A DNA stretch of 48,634 nt, filler included, from Jimgerdemannia flammicorona (taxonomy: Eukaryota), in the NCBI GenBank assembly GCA_003990765.1. It is 2 parts of 2 records of this genome, joined end to end, with 100 filler letters (N's around TTAATTAATTAA, not from the genome) between each part and the next. Parts side by side here need not be neighbours in the genome. Positions count along the whole stretch, not along the records: positions 1 to 24,273 come from RBNJ01000996.1; positions 24,374 to 48,634 come from RBNJ01000997.1. One strand, 5' to 3'. Position numbers and translations under genes: made by a program. Of the stretch, positions 23,277-35,220 are shown piece by piece (positions within the stretch are counted from its first letter, which is position 1; each line of letters opens with the position of its first letter). Under the pieces are notes generated by a model. That model made no database searches. It had not been told where the DNA came from and saw nothing but the letters and a program-made list of their open reading frames with translations.

Positions 23277-24273
23277 TGAGTGCCTGGCCAATAAGTATTT
23301 ACTTGGTCCCCCCCAAGCTCAATGCACTTCAGCTCGCTGTCCCAAAGCTTGGCACCCTAAAGATGCCTAGCTTGCTGACACCCAGCCTGCCGAGCTTGCC
23401 GACACCCAGTCTGCCGAGCTTGCTGACACTCAGCCTGCCGAGCTTGCCAACACCCAGGTTGCTGAGCTCACTGACTCCCAGCTCGCTGACCCTCAGCTCC
23501 CCGATCTCCAGCTTGACCGCCAGCTCGCCGCCGGTCCACAAGCACAAGGTCCCCCACCAGATCCCAATAACGCAGTTCGAAAAAGTTAGTTTTTTTTTTT
23601 TTTTTCTTTTTAAATCAATGTCCAAATATTTTTCCTAATAACATTTGAAATATACATATCCTCCAGCTTCTAAGCCTGGGCCAGAGTGTAAATCTTGCTA
23701 CAATTGCTATTTTTGCCATCAAGTTTGCCCAAACACTACCTGGAAGCATTGCCAAATCAATTTCCCAGATGCCCCAAACCTCACAGAGAAAAGGCCTTAC
23801 AAATCAGACATTAGGCATGCTTTCGCTGCGGCCAACAAACACATTAAGAAAGTACATGATGACCAACTGAGGCAAGAAGTCATAAGAGTGATAGAAAACC
23901 ATGTAAAAATTGTGGAATGTTTGTTATATCACACTGGCTTCAAGGTGAATGCCAAAGTGTAGAACAAGCGAGGTTGTCCAGATAGAATTGTCGTCATGGA
24001 TGAACATGAAAAACTACTGGCCATATTTGAATGAGTACTAGTGAAGAACGACAAAATGCTTTATACGCGACTAATGGATGGCAGACTTGTGCATTTTGTT
24101 GAGGGGGGTGGTGGTGGAGGAGATGGAGAGGTGGGAGAGGTCAGTGCTGGTGGAGGAGTCGGTGCTGGTGGAGAGGTCAGTGGAGAGGTTGGTGTGGGGG
24201 AGGTCAGTGCAGGGGAGGTCAGTGTAGGGGAGGTCAGTGTGGGGGAGGTCAGCATGGGGGAGGTTGGTGCAGG
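23277..24273 (+). pseudogene. Unknown Cys-rich gene remnant with repetitive N- and C-terminal tracts, cut by the gap
   Basis: 24-bp repeats 23350-23470; probable intron GTTAGT ~23585 to CAG ~23666; ORFs 23645-23962 and 24041+ share a frame, separated by TAG/TGA; CKSCYNCYFCHQVC motif; 15-bp repeats 24130-24273. Confidence 0.5.
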
Positions 24274-24373
24274 NNNNNNNNNNNNNNNNNNNNNNNNNNN
24301 NNNNNNNNNNNNNNNNNTTAATTAATTAANNNNNNNNNNNNNNNNNNNNNNNNNNNNNNNNNNNNNNNNNNNN
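24274..24373. other. Artificial 100-bp contig spacer
   Basis: N44 + TTAATTAATTAA (stops in all six frames) + N44. Confidence 0.95.
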
Positions 24374-24382
24374 TTTTAATAC

Positions 24383-26430
24383 CTTTGTGCATGTAAAGGT
24401 CGCTTCTCCCAGTAAGCCACCGTATCCATACTTATGGAGGCCTATAACTGAATGAGACAACCAAATTGCCGCAGGAGCGGCGCCAGGCTTACTATTGAAC
24501 GCGATGAGATAGTGGCGGTTAACATCAAAAACAATCAAAAGCATCGTTCAAGCAAACATGGACAACAATGGTTTACCTTCCCTCAATGCCATAGACTCCA
24601 ATATTTTCTTCTTCGTCTGACGTATACACAAGCGGGCTTTTCCAGGTCACCAGATACCTCATCCTCTCATCGCGATAACACAACCCGCCAGCCGGATAAG
24701 GGATATACCCACTCTTGTGCGGATCGATAGTGATCGAATCGCAGAACCCGTAGTGGCGGATCTGAGTCTCCGTATATGGCTGTAACGCCAGCGTGGGTAC
24801 GAACTCATTATCAGGATCAGGATTTGCATCCTTATCTCCAACTGGAAGAGGCAGACATAACATGGAAGCAAAATAGCCGCCCCAGGCCGCGTCGGCATGG
24901 ATCACGAAGGTCAGACCTCGCCTTTCATACTCCTTGCGCAGCTCCACGACCTTGTCTAACGGATCCACGGCACCTTGTTCGGTCGAGCCCATGATCACCA
25001 CAACGGCATAGACAGCTTGCTGATTTTTCAGGCGCTCGGCGAGGAGACGGTCCAGTTCTAATAAAATGATATGGTTTAAGTCTGTATTTGCATGTTAACA
25101 TAACCTTTTAATGCCTGCTGATAAACCGTCTAACCTGATATATCCATACGGGCAGCGTTATCAACGGGAACATCGATAACGTTGTTGGAACCGATGCCGG
25201 TAATAGCTAATGAATGTTGAATGGAGCAGCATTGTCAGTGATCGATTGCGGCTTTGCTTGGAGCATCCAATAGAAACTTTACTCTCACCGGCCGCCTTTG
25301 GCCACGAATAATGCTTGGTGGTGCCGATGAGATACTGAGTAGGATTTACGATGTCGAATTGTTTTTCTAGGGTGTCCTTGCCTACTGTGTGGATTGAATA
25401 GGCATGCGTGACGCTATGTAGGTATTCTGCAGATATGCCGTACTCGTCGAACAAACGCTGCGGGATACTAAGGACGGTCGACGGTTTCAAATTAAGCAGT
25501 TCCCAAGCGCTGAGGTCTTTGAAGAGCTTTTCCTGGCCGGTGCACAGCTCCACGTTGAACGTGTCGGCGATGTACGAGAGTGGCGCCGTTTTTCCAATGG
25601 CGTTTCTCAGCGAAAGAGGGTAGAATTTCAGATTGCGAGCTGCAAGGAAGACATAAAAAAATTAAAAAATTTTGTTTGGGATAATTTTTTTTTTTCTTTT
25701 TTTTTTCTCATTGGTTGAACATACCAGCCCTACAGAAATTGGTAATGTTACCGTAAGTAGATTTGCATCAGTGGATAAACTGCATAATTCATCAACATTT
25801 GAAATACGTACCAGACCGATTCCAAATTAGCCACAGAGCCACCGGACGTAATATGACCCCAAGCCACTGGCTTTTCCTTATTTTTCGGGTCTGTGTTGAA
25901 GCCTAGCATGGCACAGAGCTGCTTTCCGACTTCAATCTCGACCAACGTGGTCCACGGGCTGAGCATGGATGAGACGTTGTTCGGGTTATAAAGCATTGTA
26001 GCAATGTAGGCCAGGTTTCCCGGCAAGGAGGTGTCCATGATCATGCGGGCATTGTAACGGGGAGACCAGAAGGGGACCGAATATTTTGCGAGCATTTCGT
26101 TAAGGACCTTGAGCCACTTGTCGAGATTCCTCATGTTTTCCTGGAAGGCCGAAGAGGATTGCATGGTTGAAGTGATGAAATTCTATTTGGGTGGGATGAT
26201 GGACGAAAATGAGTTTCCAAGGTCGAAACCACGTCAATCAAAAACGAAAGCCGCGAATCGCTTGCCTCATCAGTTGGGTAGTACTCCTCTCGAGCTTTTT
26301 TTTGTTCATTGATGACATCGTGAAGGAACCTCTTCATATAGTCGAAGTTCTCGGCTCGAGGGCCTAAAAACCAGGCACCAACGGCGTTGTGCTGGGAATT
26401 GTAAACGGGGAAGGCTTTGTTGTTTGACAT
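24383..26430 (-). CDS. Group II PLP-dependent decarboxylase (tyrosine/aromatic amino acid decarboxylase type), 3' end lost in gap; exons 26430-26266, 26182-25812, 25729-25725, 25639-25289, 25206-25135, 25057-24577, 24491-24383
   Basis: FLGPRAEN, SVPFWSPRY, YNPNNV, GGSVANLE, HYSWPKA, GSTEQGAVD, HADAAWGGY, ITIDPHK (PLP lysine), EGSKPGA; manual splicing gives an uninterrupted frame. Confidence 0.93.
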
Positions 26431-26514
26431 CACTGGAAGAAGTTTACATGATGATACACAGTAAAGTTAACGACTTATATATACTTACGGAAGGTGAGTA
26501 TTCTGCAGACCACA

Positions 26515-26800
26515 TTTGGGTTTAGGCTGAACAGGGTGCGGTCGGAATGTGCACGGCAATATTAGGGTTTCGGCTGGACAAGGTACATATAGTCGGAATG
26601 TGCAGCAAAATGTTCGGACAAGTATGTACGGTGGGAATGTGCAGTCACGATGCTCGGCTGAAAGGGTTTCGTCCGGAAAAGGTAATACAGTCGGCAAAGT
26701 GTCCTTTCGCATAAAGTTCGAGTTGTATCGAGTTGTATGGAATGTAAAATAAATGTGGCGTGAAATGTCCTTTCGCTTAAAGTTCGAGTCGTAAATGTCA
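26515..26800. repeat. Degenerate array of GTTTCGGCTGGACAA / GTCGGAATGTGCA motifs plus a ~29-bp direct repeat
   Basis: Motifs recur 3-4 times; TGTCCTTTCGCwTAAAGTTCGAGT at ~26700 and ~26766. Confidence 0.7.
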
Positions 26801-27845
26801 CGTAAAAATGGGCCAATGGGCCAATGGGTTTGGCTAAATGGAAGCGTACGCTTCCAAGACCCGCCATTCTCGTTCATATACAAAGGGGCCGTTTATTACA
26901 CCTCGAGACCAAGAGGGATGGGCGGGAGGGATGCGCAAAACCGCTTGTAGATACGAAATTGCTAACGGCTAATCAATATGAACTAATCTCTCAGAACGAG
27001 GTTATGGGAATTTTGAACCTCAATAAATATTGAAGGTATAGAATGTAATAAATATATATATATATATATATATTAAAAAACTAATTCTGTAGAATGATTT
27101 ACTACAACTTGATAGAGTTAGATCTTTATTAAATTTATATATATATCTCCTTATAAAGAATTTTATTATGTTTAGCCAAAATTTGGCTCTATATAAATTT
27201 TATAATAGTGCGTCATTACAATTTATTTTACCAAATGATTGACAAGCACATGACTATTAATATGACGTTACTGATCCCAGGATTTGGCGGCAGACACACT
27301 ATTTAGTCATGTGGTGAGGTTTATATATTCGCCGAACTGTAGGAACGTGCGCTGAAAACTGGCATACATCTGAGTCGGGACTAACTAGATTAACTTGGGC
27401 GCAGGGGAAGCGATTGATACTAAATTGAGTTGACTTGGGCGCGGGGGAACCGAAACTGTATTTTAAATCCCGTCTTACTACTCCGAACCCCAACCTTCGT
27501 AAATAATAAATTGTATGAATATATGTTTGCGTATTGGACGAATGCATGCATGAGGAAAGTTCTGTCTCGAATGCGTTGCATCGGTCAGTTCGAAGAACCC
27601 GACATAAAAAGGTGTACAAGCGAGAGGTGGGTGGGACTGAAAGCCGTATGGTAACGATTTGAGTGGGATGGGAAGAGGCCAAACAATGATTGCATAATTG
27701 CTAATTATAGGTGCATATTGCCTAATCGAGTAATACACGTCTTTAACGCGCTATCCCTTCGGGATCCCTTCGGCCTTGCATGATTATTCCGCATCAATTG
27801 TTGAGCGGCTTCGGCAAGTTTGAATGTTCATAACTATATAATGTG

Positions 27846-28030
27846 GGGTTTCGACTGAACAGGATACACTCGGAATGTGCACGGGTTTCGGCTGGACAAA
27901 GTATATACAGTCGGAATGTGCACGAGTTTCGGCTGGACAAATTATATACAGGCGGAATGTGAGATTTCGACTGAACAGGGGACAGTTGGAATGTGCAGTC
28001 ACGCTACTAAGGTTTCGGCTGAACATGGTA
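27846..28030. repeat. Second array of the same bipartite ~38-bp unit
   Basis: About 5 copies of GTTTCGrCTGrACA-N~10-TCGGAATGTGCA, same orientation as 26515-26700. Confidence 0.8.
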
Positions 28031-29974
28031 CAGCCGGATGGTGGATCAACATCATCAACAAGTCAACAAGTATCAAACGGGATCGCTGGATTACAAAACA
28101 GGCGGCATCATCAAGCGGCAACAGGCATACCCAGAATTCTGGTATCCGTCCACCAGCTCCTGGTACTTCCTCATTCCACAAGTGTTGGGGCACCTCTTCC
28201 CAATACATTTACTGCTTCGTCAATTTATTCATTTCAAAAACAAAAATTGCAGCAGAGTGGAGCGGCGTGCGTCGGGTCAATAGTCTGAAGGTATTTGCGC
28301 AAAGGCTACATGCGTTCTCCCAAGGTCCGCCAGCAGGATGTACGCAAACAAGGACAAAACCGGCAAAGTTAGGTTCACCAATGACGACATATTTCGTTGC
28401 CTCATTTTGACAACTAGAGCTGCTGATATGCTGAGCAAGGGAGGTTTCTCGTGCCTCATGCTACACATATGATATAGCGACACACCGAAGCTTACAGAGG
28501 AACGTTAACAACACTCGAATTTCCCATTTTTGTTTTTCTACTCTGCAGGCTCAGGTGATTAATACATTATATTCGTGTAATATGATCAAACAATATCGCA
28601 ACCTGATATACAGTATTTTGTATAATTCTCCTACTTTGACATTATGCTCTATAATATTATAATATCTTTTTCTGATCGAAATATCAAAGTTTAAATAACT
28701 TACTTTCCTAATATAGTCATTGGTAATTATTGTATATTAAAACTTAGTAAGGTTGAAACTACTATAGTGTAGAATTCAGAAGTAGTAAATAGTTAGTTTA
28801 TATTTTATCTAGCAGATATATTGACTTTATATTATATATTTAGCATGATGACACCTTTGAAACCAGTGACATCAGAATTTGGAAGACTGTCTTTACTTTG
28901 CAAGCCACTAGTTACAAATTGTGACTCAACTGCGATCATCTTGATTCTACATCTAAACTCATAATGACTCATAATGAGCCCAATAGTATACTACCTCAAA
29001 TAAGGTGACCCTACTCTCTGGACCAAAGGAGAAGACCCTAAAGATGTAAGAGAAGTATTGAGAGAAGAAGTACAAAGTATTAACTACAAATAGTAGACTT
29101 ACAATAAAACAAAATGCATGCCATCTGCCAAATGGTAAGGTCAAGGAGTCTCTCTGGTCTATCAGTATAAGAACAGATGTTCAATGATATCAAGAGGGTA
29201 ATGAGATTGTATACAAGAAGAACTCTCAGTCAGAATCTCTATACAATGGACTCCTACTACTATACTCTCTACCACTATGAAATGGAGACAAGAATTACTA
29301 CTGCTGCTAAGTATCTTTAGATATAGTAAGAATGTAAGATGGAACATCACCTCTACTAAGAATTCTCACAAGCCAGCTCTCAAGAAATTGTGTATACTAC
29401 TTGTATAGATAGACATGAACAGAAATTGATCAAAAGAGTTCATCAGATCTTCAGATATATATCCTGGGCCATTCCCAATCTAGAATATATCAAAGTCTCT
29501 GATATTCAAGAACTGATAAGCTGCCATGCAGACTATCTCAAGGAAATGGTTACAGAAGAGATCCAATCTACTACATATTATAGTCAAGATTGATGAGGTT
29601 CAAGACCTTTGGAACCCTATCCTAGAGGACAATCTAAACCAATTCATTCATGGATTGGTTGTACTATTTCAAGGCCCTCTCTTGAGAGTCTGCTACTATT
29701 AGATTTCTATGAATATTTCCTACTTTATAGATAACATCACCATTGACTAGAGACCTCAAGAGCAGAATGATCTCACACTCTTTGTAATATCATCAATAAT
29801 TATATCACTCTCTCAGACAACTTAGAGAATTGTAGTAAATCACTTATCTTACTAGAAGATAATCTCAACAACTTCCTGAAGAATGCAAAAAATGATTTGG
29901 TCAGACTCTCTGAAGAAAATAAGAGAGAGGATGAGAATGATATAATTCTGATTATATTCAATTTTAAGATATAT

Positions 29975-32965
29975 AAGAACTGTTCTATTTGTCAAATTGA
30001 GTAAGTTAGTTAGTTGTACAATCAGTGACTACATATTAACTAGCCAAATTTATTATAAATATAAAACTAGTCTGTTTCAGTTAGTTAGTTACCTGAATTC
30101 CAAAAGTATACTAAATAGTATCTTCTAGTAATTGTGAGTTTAACCAATTATCTAGCCTTATATATCATCTGAAAACTATATAAATACTAGTGAATAAACC
30201 TCAGTCAGTTTGAGTTTGAAGTAAATAAAAAGTTTTACTTAGAAATATACTATCTCTAAGAGATTGGAAAAATTCTAAGAAATAAGATAATTAGAGTAAT
30301 AATTGCTCATGGTTTGAGTTGAAGAATTTCTCTTATTATGGAAAATTATCACAATACTCAAGATATGTACAAGTCCATCAGTTAACACTGCCTTCAAAAT
30401 TGGATATAAAACTCTCAGAACTCAAGATATAAGTCAGTTAGTTAAAATTGCCACTATGGAAAACTGCTACAAACCTAAGAAATTGGATACAAGACTATAG
30501 ACTGTATGAAATTAAGATAAAGTCAATCAGAAAAAGCTACCATGGAATTGGATTAAGACCACAAAAAACAGATACAAGACTCAGGAAATCCAGCTAAGGA
30601 ATATAGAAAATAATTATCAAATTATCAGAAATCTTATGCTTTTCTGACCTTTTCACCATTTCAAATAATCAGTCACATGACCAATGACTTGAGACTCATG
30701 AATTTCAACTTGATATGAATATATGAACAAATTGAACAATAGTTAAAAAAACATTGAGTCTGAAATATAATTGAAAACAAATAAAAGATACTGTATAGTT
30801 ATTCAGTAAAACATTGAGCCATATATATTAGTAACTAAGATATATAAATTATATACCATATTTTGGATTCAACTGGGAAAGTTTTCCAAAGACTTGATCA
30901 TTTGGCTCAAGAACCCAGCAGCCATCTACAGTAGATAATTCAGAAGAAACTAGCCAGCAATAAGATCAGAACCAGCAATAGTCCACTTCAGAAAGAGAAG
31001 TTCACACTATTGTCAGAACAGCCCTCACTCTGTTCTGAATCAATAGTCAGAGAACTGAATCAGAAGAAAGAAGTGATACAGATTATAGTTTAACCTCAAA
31101 AGAAACACAATACCTCAGAGGACAATCTGAGACCATTCAGACTCAAGATCTAGAACAAAAAGAAGATATTTAGGCAGTAGTAACTATATTACTACTATTA
31201 TCACCCAAGCCACTTCACTGGACTAAGCATATTTTGAAATATCTGAAGAAGAAGACTACTATTCTTACCTTCTAGAATAAGAGAAAGATGATGATTTGAG
31301 AAATCAACCAGATCACCCAAGAGATGAATTCAACCTTTATTACTATTTAGACAGTAATATAAACTCTTGGCAAGACAAACAAAACTCTACTACTTCACAA
31401 CAACTAGAGGCAGAAAAACTAAATATTAGCTACATCAGTCCTATTCCAATTGCCAGAACCTCAGTATCTTGGTCCTTCACACCTCAATACTATCCACAAG
31501 AGATAAGAAGCTCTAACCCTCTCAGAACCTCTGTATTTAGTGATCACTATTACTCAATTAGAGAACCACCACTATCAAGGATCTCTATACAGCTTTAATT
31601 AGAAGAGCTAGACTTCCTATACCCTCACCAAGACTCTGTCTCTTACCAGTACCATTAGTTCATCAAGCACCTCCATCATTTCCATCTTAAGAATTATCAA
31701 GAAACTTTATTCCAGAACCATATTCAAACAGTGAAGATAAACCAGAAATGAGTTATTTTCAAAAATTCCATAGTGTAGATAATGAAGATATTGTAGAATT
31801 CTTTAGAGAAATTAAAGTACAAGTAGTTGCTAAGTAGTGAAGTGCTCAGAGAAAGCTCTGAATTATAGAATCACTCCTAAGAGGTCCTGCCCTACAGAAG
31901 TACAACCAAGTAAAGTAAGTTGAAGGAGATATCTATAGAGAAGAATATACCAACTACCTTCAAGCAAATAGAAACCATGTGGATAGATATAATATCCATA
32001 AGACCTGACTCCATACCTAGTTCAATGGTCTTGAGCATTAACAAGAAGTATAAGAAGCTTTAACCTATATGAGACAAGCTACCAATGAAACTCCAAAAGG
32101 CTTCTACCATTGGATTCAAGCTCAGATAATTAAGGCAAACTTGCATCCTGCAATTAAACTAGCCCTGATCTCAACCACCCTCCTCAATAGAATATTTCCA
32201 GAGCTTCAAAGATAAGTCATTAGAATGGACTATCAAAGTATCCTGTATTACTTGTTGAAAAAAAAAGAGATGAGTCACCACCCTGCTCATTGCTATTGCT
32301 ATTACAAGAATAAGCTCTACCATTCTGTCATAGTGTTCCTGACCCCAAGATTAGGATTTATAACTTGGGCTGTAAGAAGGCTACTGTCAATAAGTTCCCT
32401 CTTTATGTCCATCTAATCTCAAATGAGTACCAGCAGATTTCGTCTGAGTCCCTTGAAGCTGACTACATTTGCTGTAACAAATACATCACCAAGATCTCTG
32501 GCAAGGATTTCTTCCACATGTGTGTTCACATGCATCCCTTTCACATCATCTGTATCAATAAGATACTGTCCTGTGCTGGCACTGATAGGCTGCAAACTAG
32601 TATGCATGGGGCTTTTGACAAGTCCCAGAGTATTATTGCATATGTCAACATTGGATAGATCATTTTCCCTGTCTATTCCAAGGACACCAACAAGGCTGTT
32701 ATCATTGAGGCCCTCCACTATTGCAAGTACAAGTTTGCTGGTTGCCAAAAGATCATTGTATCTAAGAAATGGGGTTTCACCAAGCTCTCATGTGAGAAGT
32801 ATACTGAGGTGAGATAGTCAGGCAAGCTCTGTCCTGATGGTTGCCACATCAAGTACCTTTCAACCCATTGTTCTCTCAAAAATTACTATGCTGATGCCCT
32901 CAAGGTTTAAGAATTTAGATAACCCCAGCTAGTTTTATATTTCAGAAAATAAAATTGAGCCATTT

Positions 32966-33060
<95 letters not shown>

Positions 33061-35220
33061 AGGATATTAAAGTATTGAGCAACAAGTTGCTGAAGCATAA
33101 GGATATTAAGAAGTATACTATAGATTACTCCAGTAAGTATAAGAACATTGAGAATCAGCTCAAACTAAAATCTCAAGGACTTATAGAATAACTCTAAAAT
33201 AAGAGAATGTTTACTTGAGAGTCTAGTTGGCCAGCTATGAAACCAGACCCCAACTCTCAAATCAGATTCAATACAGGCAACAATAGCAGCAACAGCAGCT
33301 CCCACTAAGAACTCTAGAAGACTATATGACAATGTTCACCAAATAAATGAAAGACCTAGCTATTATTATTGCTCAGTTAAAGAACCAAGGAGGAAGATAA
33401 AAATATTATCATCAAGATAATAGACCAGACTACCAGCAATAAGATAACAGAAGTTTCACTCAGGCCTCACTAGTTACAACCATAGGTTCACCAACACCAG
33501 GTTCCTATATTCCAACTTACTTCAACTGTATAAACCAATATCACATTCAGAGGTTTTGCCCAAAGAAAGGAACTCTATCCAATAATAGAAATATTAATCT
33601 CATTCAAGTGGATGAAGAGACTTGAGAAATGGAAGAAGAAGCTATCTGACTTTATAGTCAAGATGATATCTATCTATATTATGAAGCTTTCCCTCTAAAA
33701 TAACTTGGGACACAGCTTCTGTACAGACCAGAGGACAAGAAAAATATCTAAGGACCCCACTCTTACTGTGATTACCAGTAATCCTATCCATAAGCAAACA
33801 TTCAAGCCATGGTCATTCTTTCTCAGATACTTCTCAGAAGAAGGACAAGAGAGTCAGATGAGACACCCCTGAATCAGAAGCTGATCTACCAAGAGTATCA
33901 AGAAGTACCTCTCTGTCTGATCTTAAAGAAGATGAGAATATGAGTATAGAATCTTCAGCTGATAGAAAGGAGAGAATTTACTCTAAGAGATCTAGATATT
34001 AAAGGAACAGTAAGCCTCATAAAGCAGCATCATTTTGAGAATACCTCTTCACCCAGAATGTGAGTCTCACATTCAAATAAGTTCTCAAAAATATATCAGA
34101 AGTTAGGTGAAAATTCCACAAGAAAGCCAAGGAAGATATTAAGAGAATCTCTATCTAAGGATCACATATACTAGAGCTTAGCACTATTTATACAGTTCAT
34201 AAATACTGGTATCAAGAATATCAATCTACAAGGCTAGATAATAGAAAAGTATATAGTAAAAATACCAGAATTCTTATTGATACTAAAGTAGTAGTTTGTA
34301 TCATCACCTAGTGAATACTAGAAAGAATTATGTAGGGAATTGATGAAGAAACCAAAGTAAGAGTTATCATGGCAAATAGATCAGCATTCATCCCTCTTGG
34401 ACTAGTCAGAGATATATCTATTCAAGTTAGAAAGGCCTGCCTCATTTATCTCAAACTCTTATAACCCTGGTGATCTTCTATAATCTGATTTTGGAAACTG
34501 ACTGATTGTATCAAGTTGGAGCCAATGTAGATATCAATAAATAACTCCTAGTCTTTACTCTCCATAGATAAAAGCTTAAGGTACTAATTGAGTAAAGAGG
34601 AGTAAGGGAAATTAGTCAGACTTCTGAGATAGAATGATAAGGACATTGAGATATACCCACTACTATAGAGGATAAAAGTGAAGCAAATTTTCTACAAGAA
34701 CTAGGAAGTAATTTTGATATCTATAAAGATCTTAAAAGTAGTCAAGAAGATCTTTTTATTAGAGTTATTAATACTAAAAGCCTGGAAGAAAGTATTGATT
34801 AGGCTATCAGTAAAGAAGAAGTACTCAAATTCACAGAACCATCAATATAACTACTACCACCTCTGAAAGAAAATTGAATTATGTGAGTCTTCTATCTAGG
34901 TATGTATGAACACTACAACTGTTTTCACTCACTGAGGAATGATTGCAGTAACTGCCAAATTCTTAATTCTGAAAAGGTCTCAATACTAGCAATTAAAGCA
35001 AAGAATGAGATATAATAGGTCTCAGTACTCACACAAACACTATCTCTCACCTCAAAGGCTTTCAAGAAGACCTATAAGAGAAAACAGAAAATTCTCTCTC
35101 ACCAATCTTTGGAGACTCTCACAATTGAAGGTAATAATAACAGTATCTATACTATTACTCAAGCTCTCTAGATTAAGCTATCTACCAATAATAAATATTG
35201 AAAGATATATCCAATAAGTA
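29975..35220 (+). mobile_element. Highly degenerate Ty3/gypsy element (LTR-like region, PBS-like site, gag, protease); boundaries approximate
   Basis: TATATAAA..GTGAATAAACCTCAGTC at 30177-30206 shared with the other LTRs; TTGGATTCAACTGGGAAA ~30863; knuckle TYFNCINQYHIQRFC ~33516; ILIDTKVVVCII ~34270. Confidence 0.72.
32242..33057 (+). pseudogene. RPL10: Processed pseudogene of 60S ribosomal protein L10 (uL16); CDS remnant 32270-32910
   Basis: [57 protein letters not shown]; intronless; AATAAA at 32948; poly(A); degenerate 18-bp TSD 32224-32241 / 33058-33075. Confidence 0.96.

Noticed and set aside
24274..24373. TTAATTAATTAA palindrome and adjacency of the decarboxylase to the hairpin/hAT region
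   Set aside because: Artificial six-frame-stop spacer; linkage across it is not evidence.
27052..27072. (TA)n microsatellite and AT-rich tract
   Set aside because: Ordinary simple repeat.
27846..28030. CRISPR-like repeat-spacer look
   Set aside because: Spacers are ~10 nt and similar to each other, repeats are degenerate, there are no cas genes and the context is eukaryotic.
27875..28483. Overlapping ORFs in a CpG-rich stretch as a possible small gene
   Set aside because: No recognisable domain or convincing exon structure; they begin in the repeat array.
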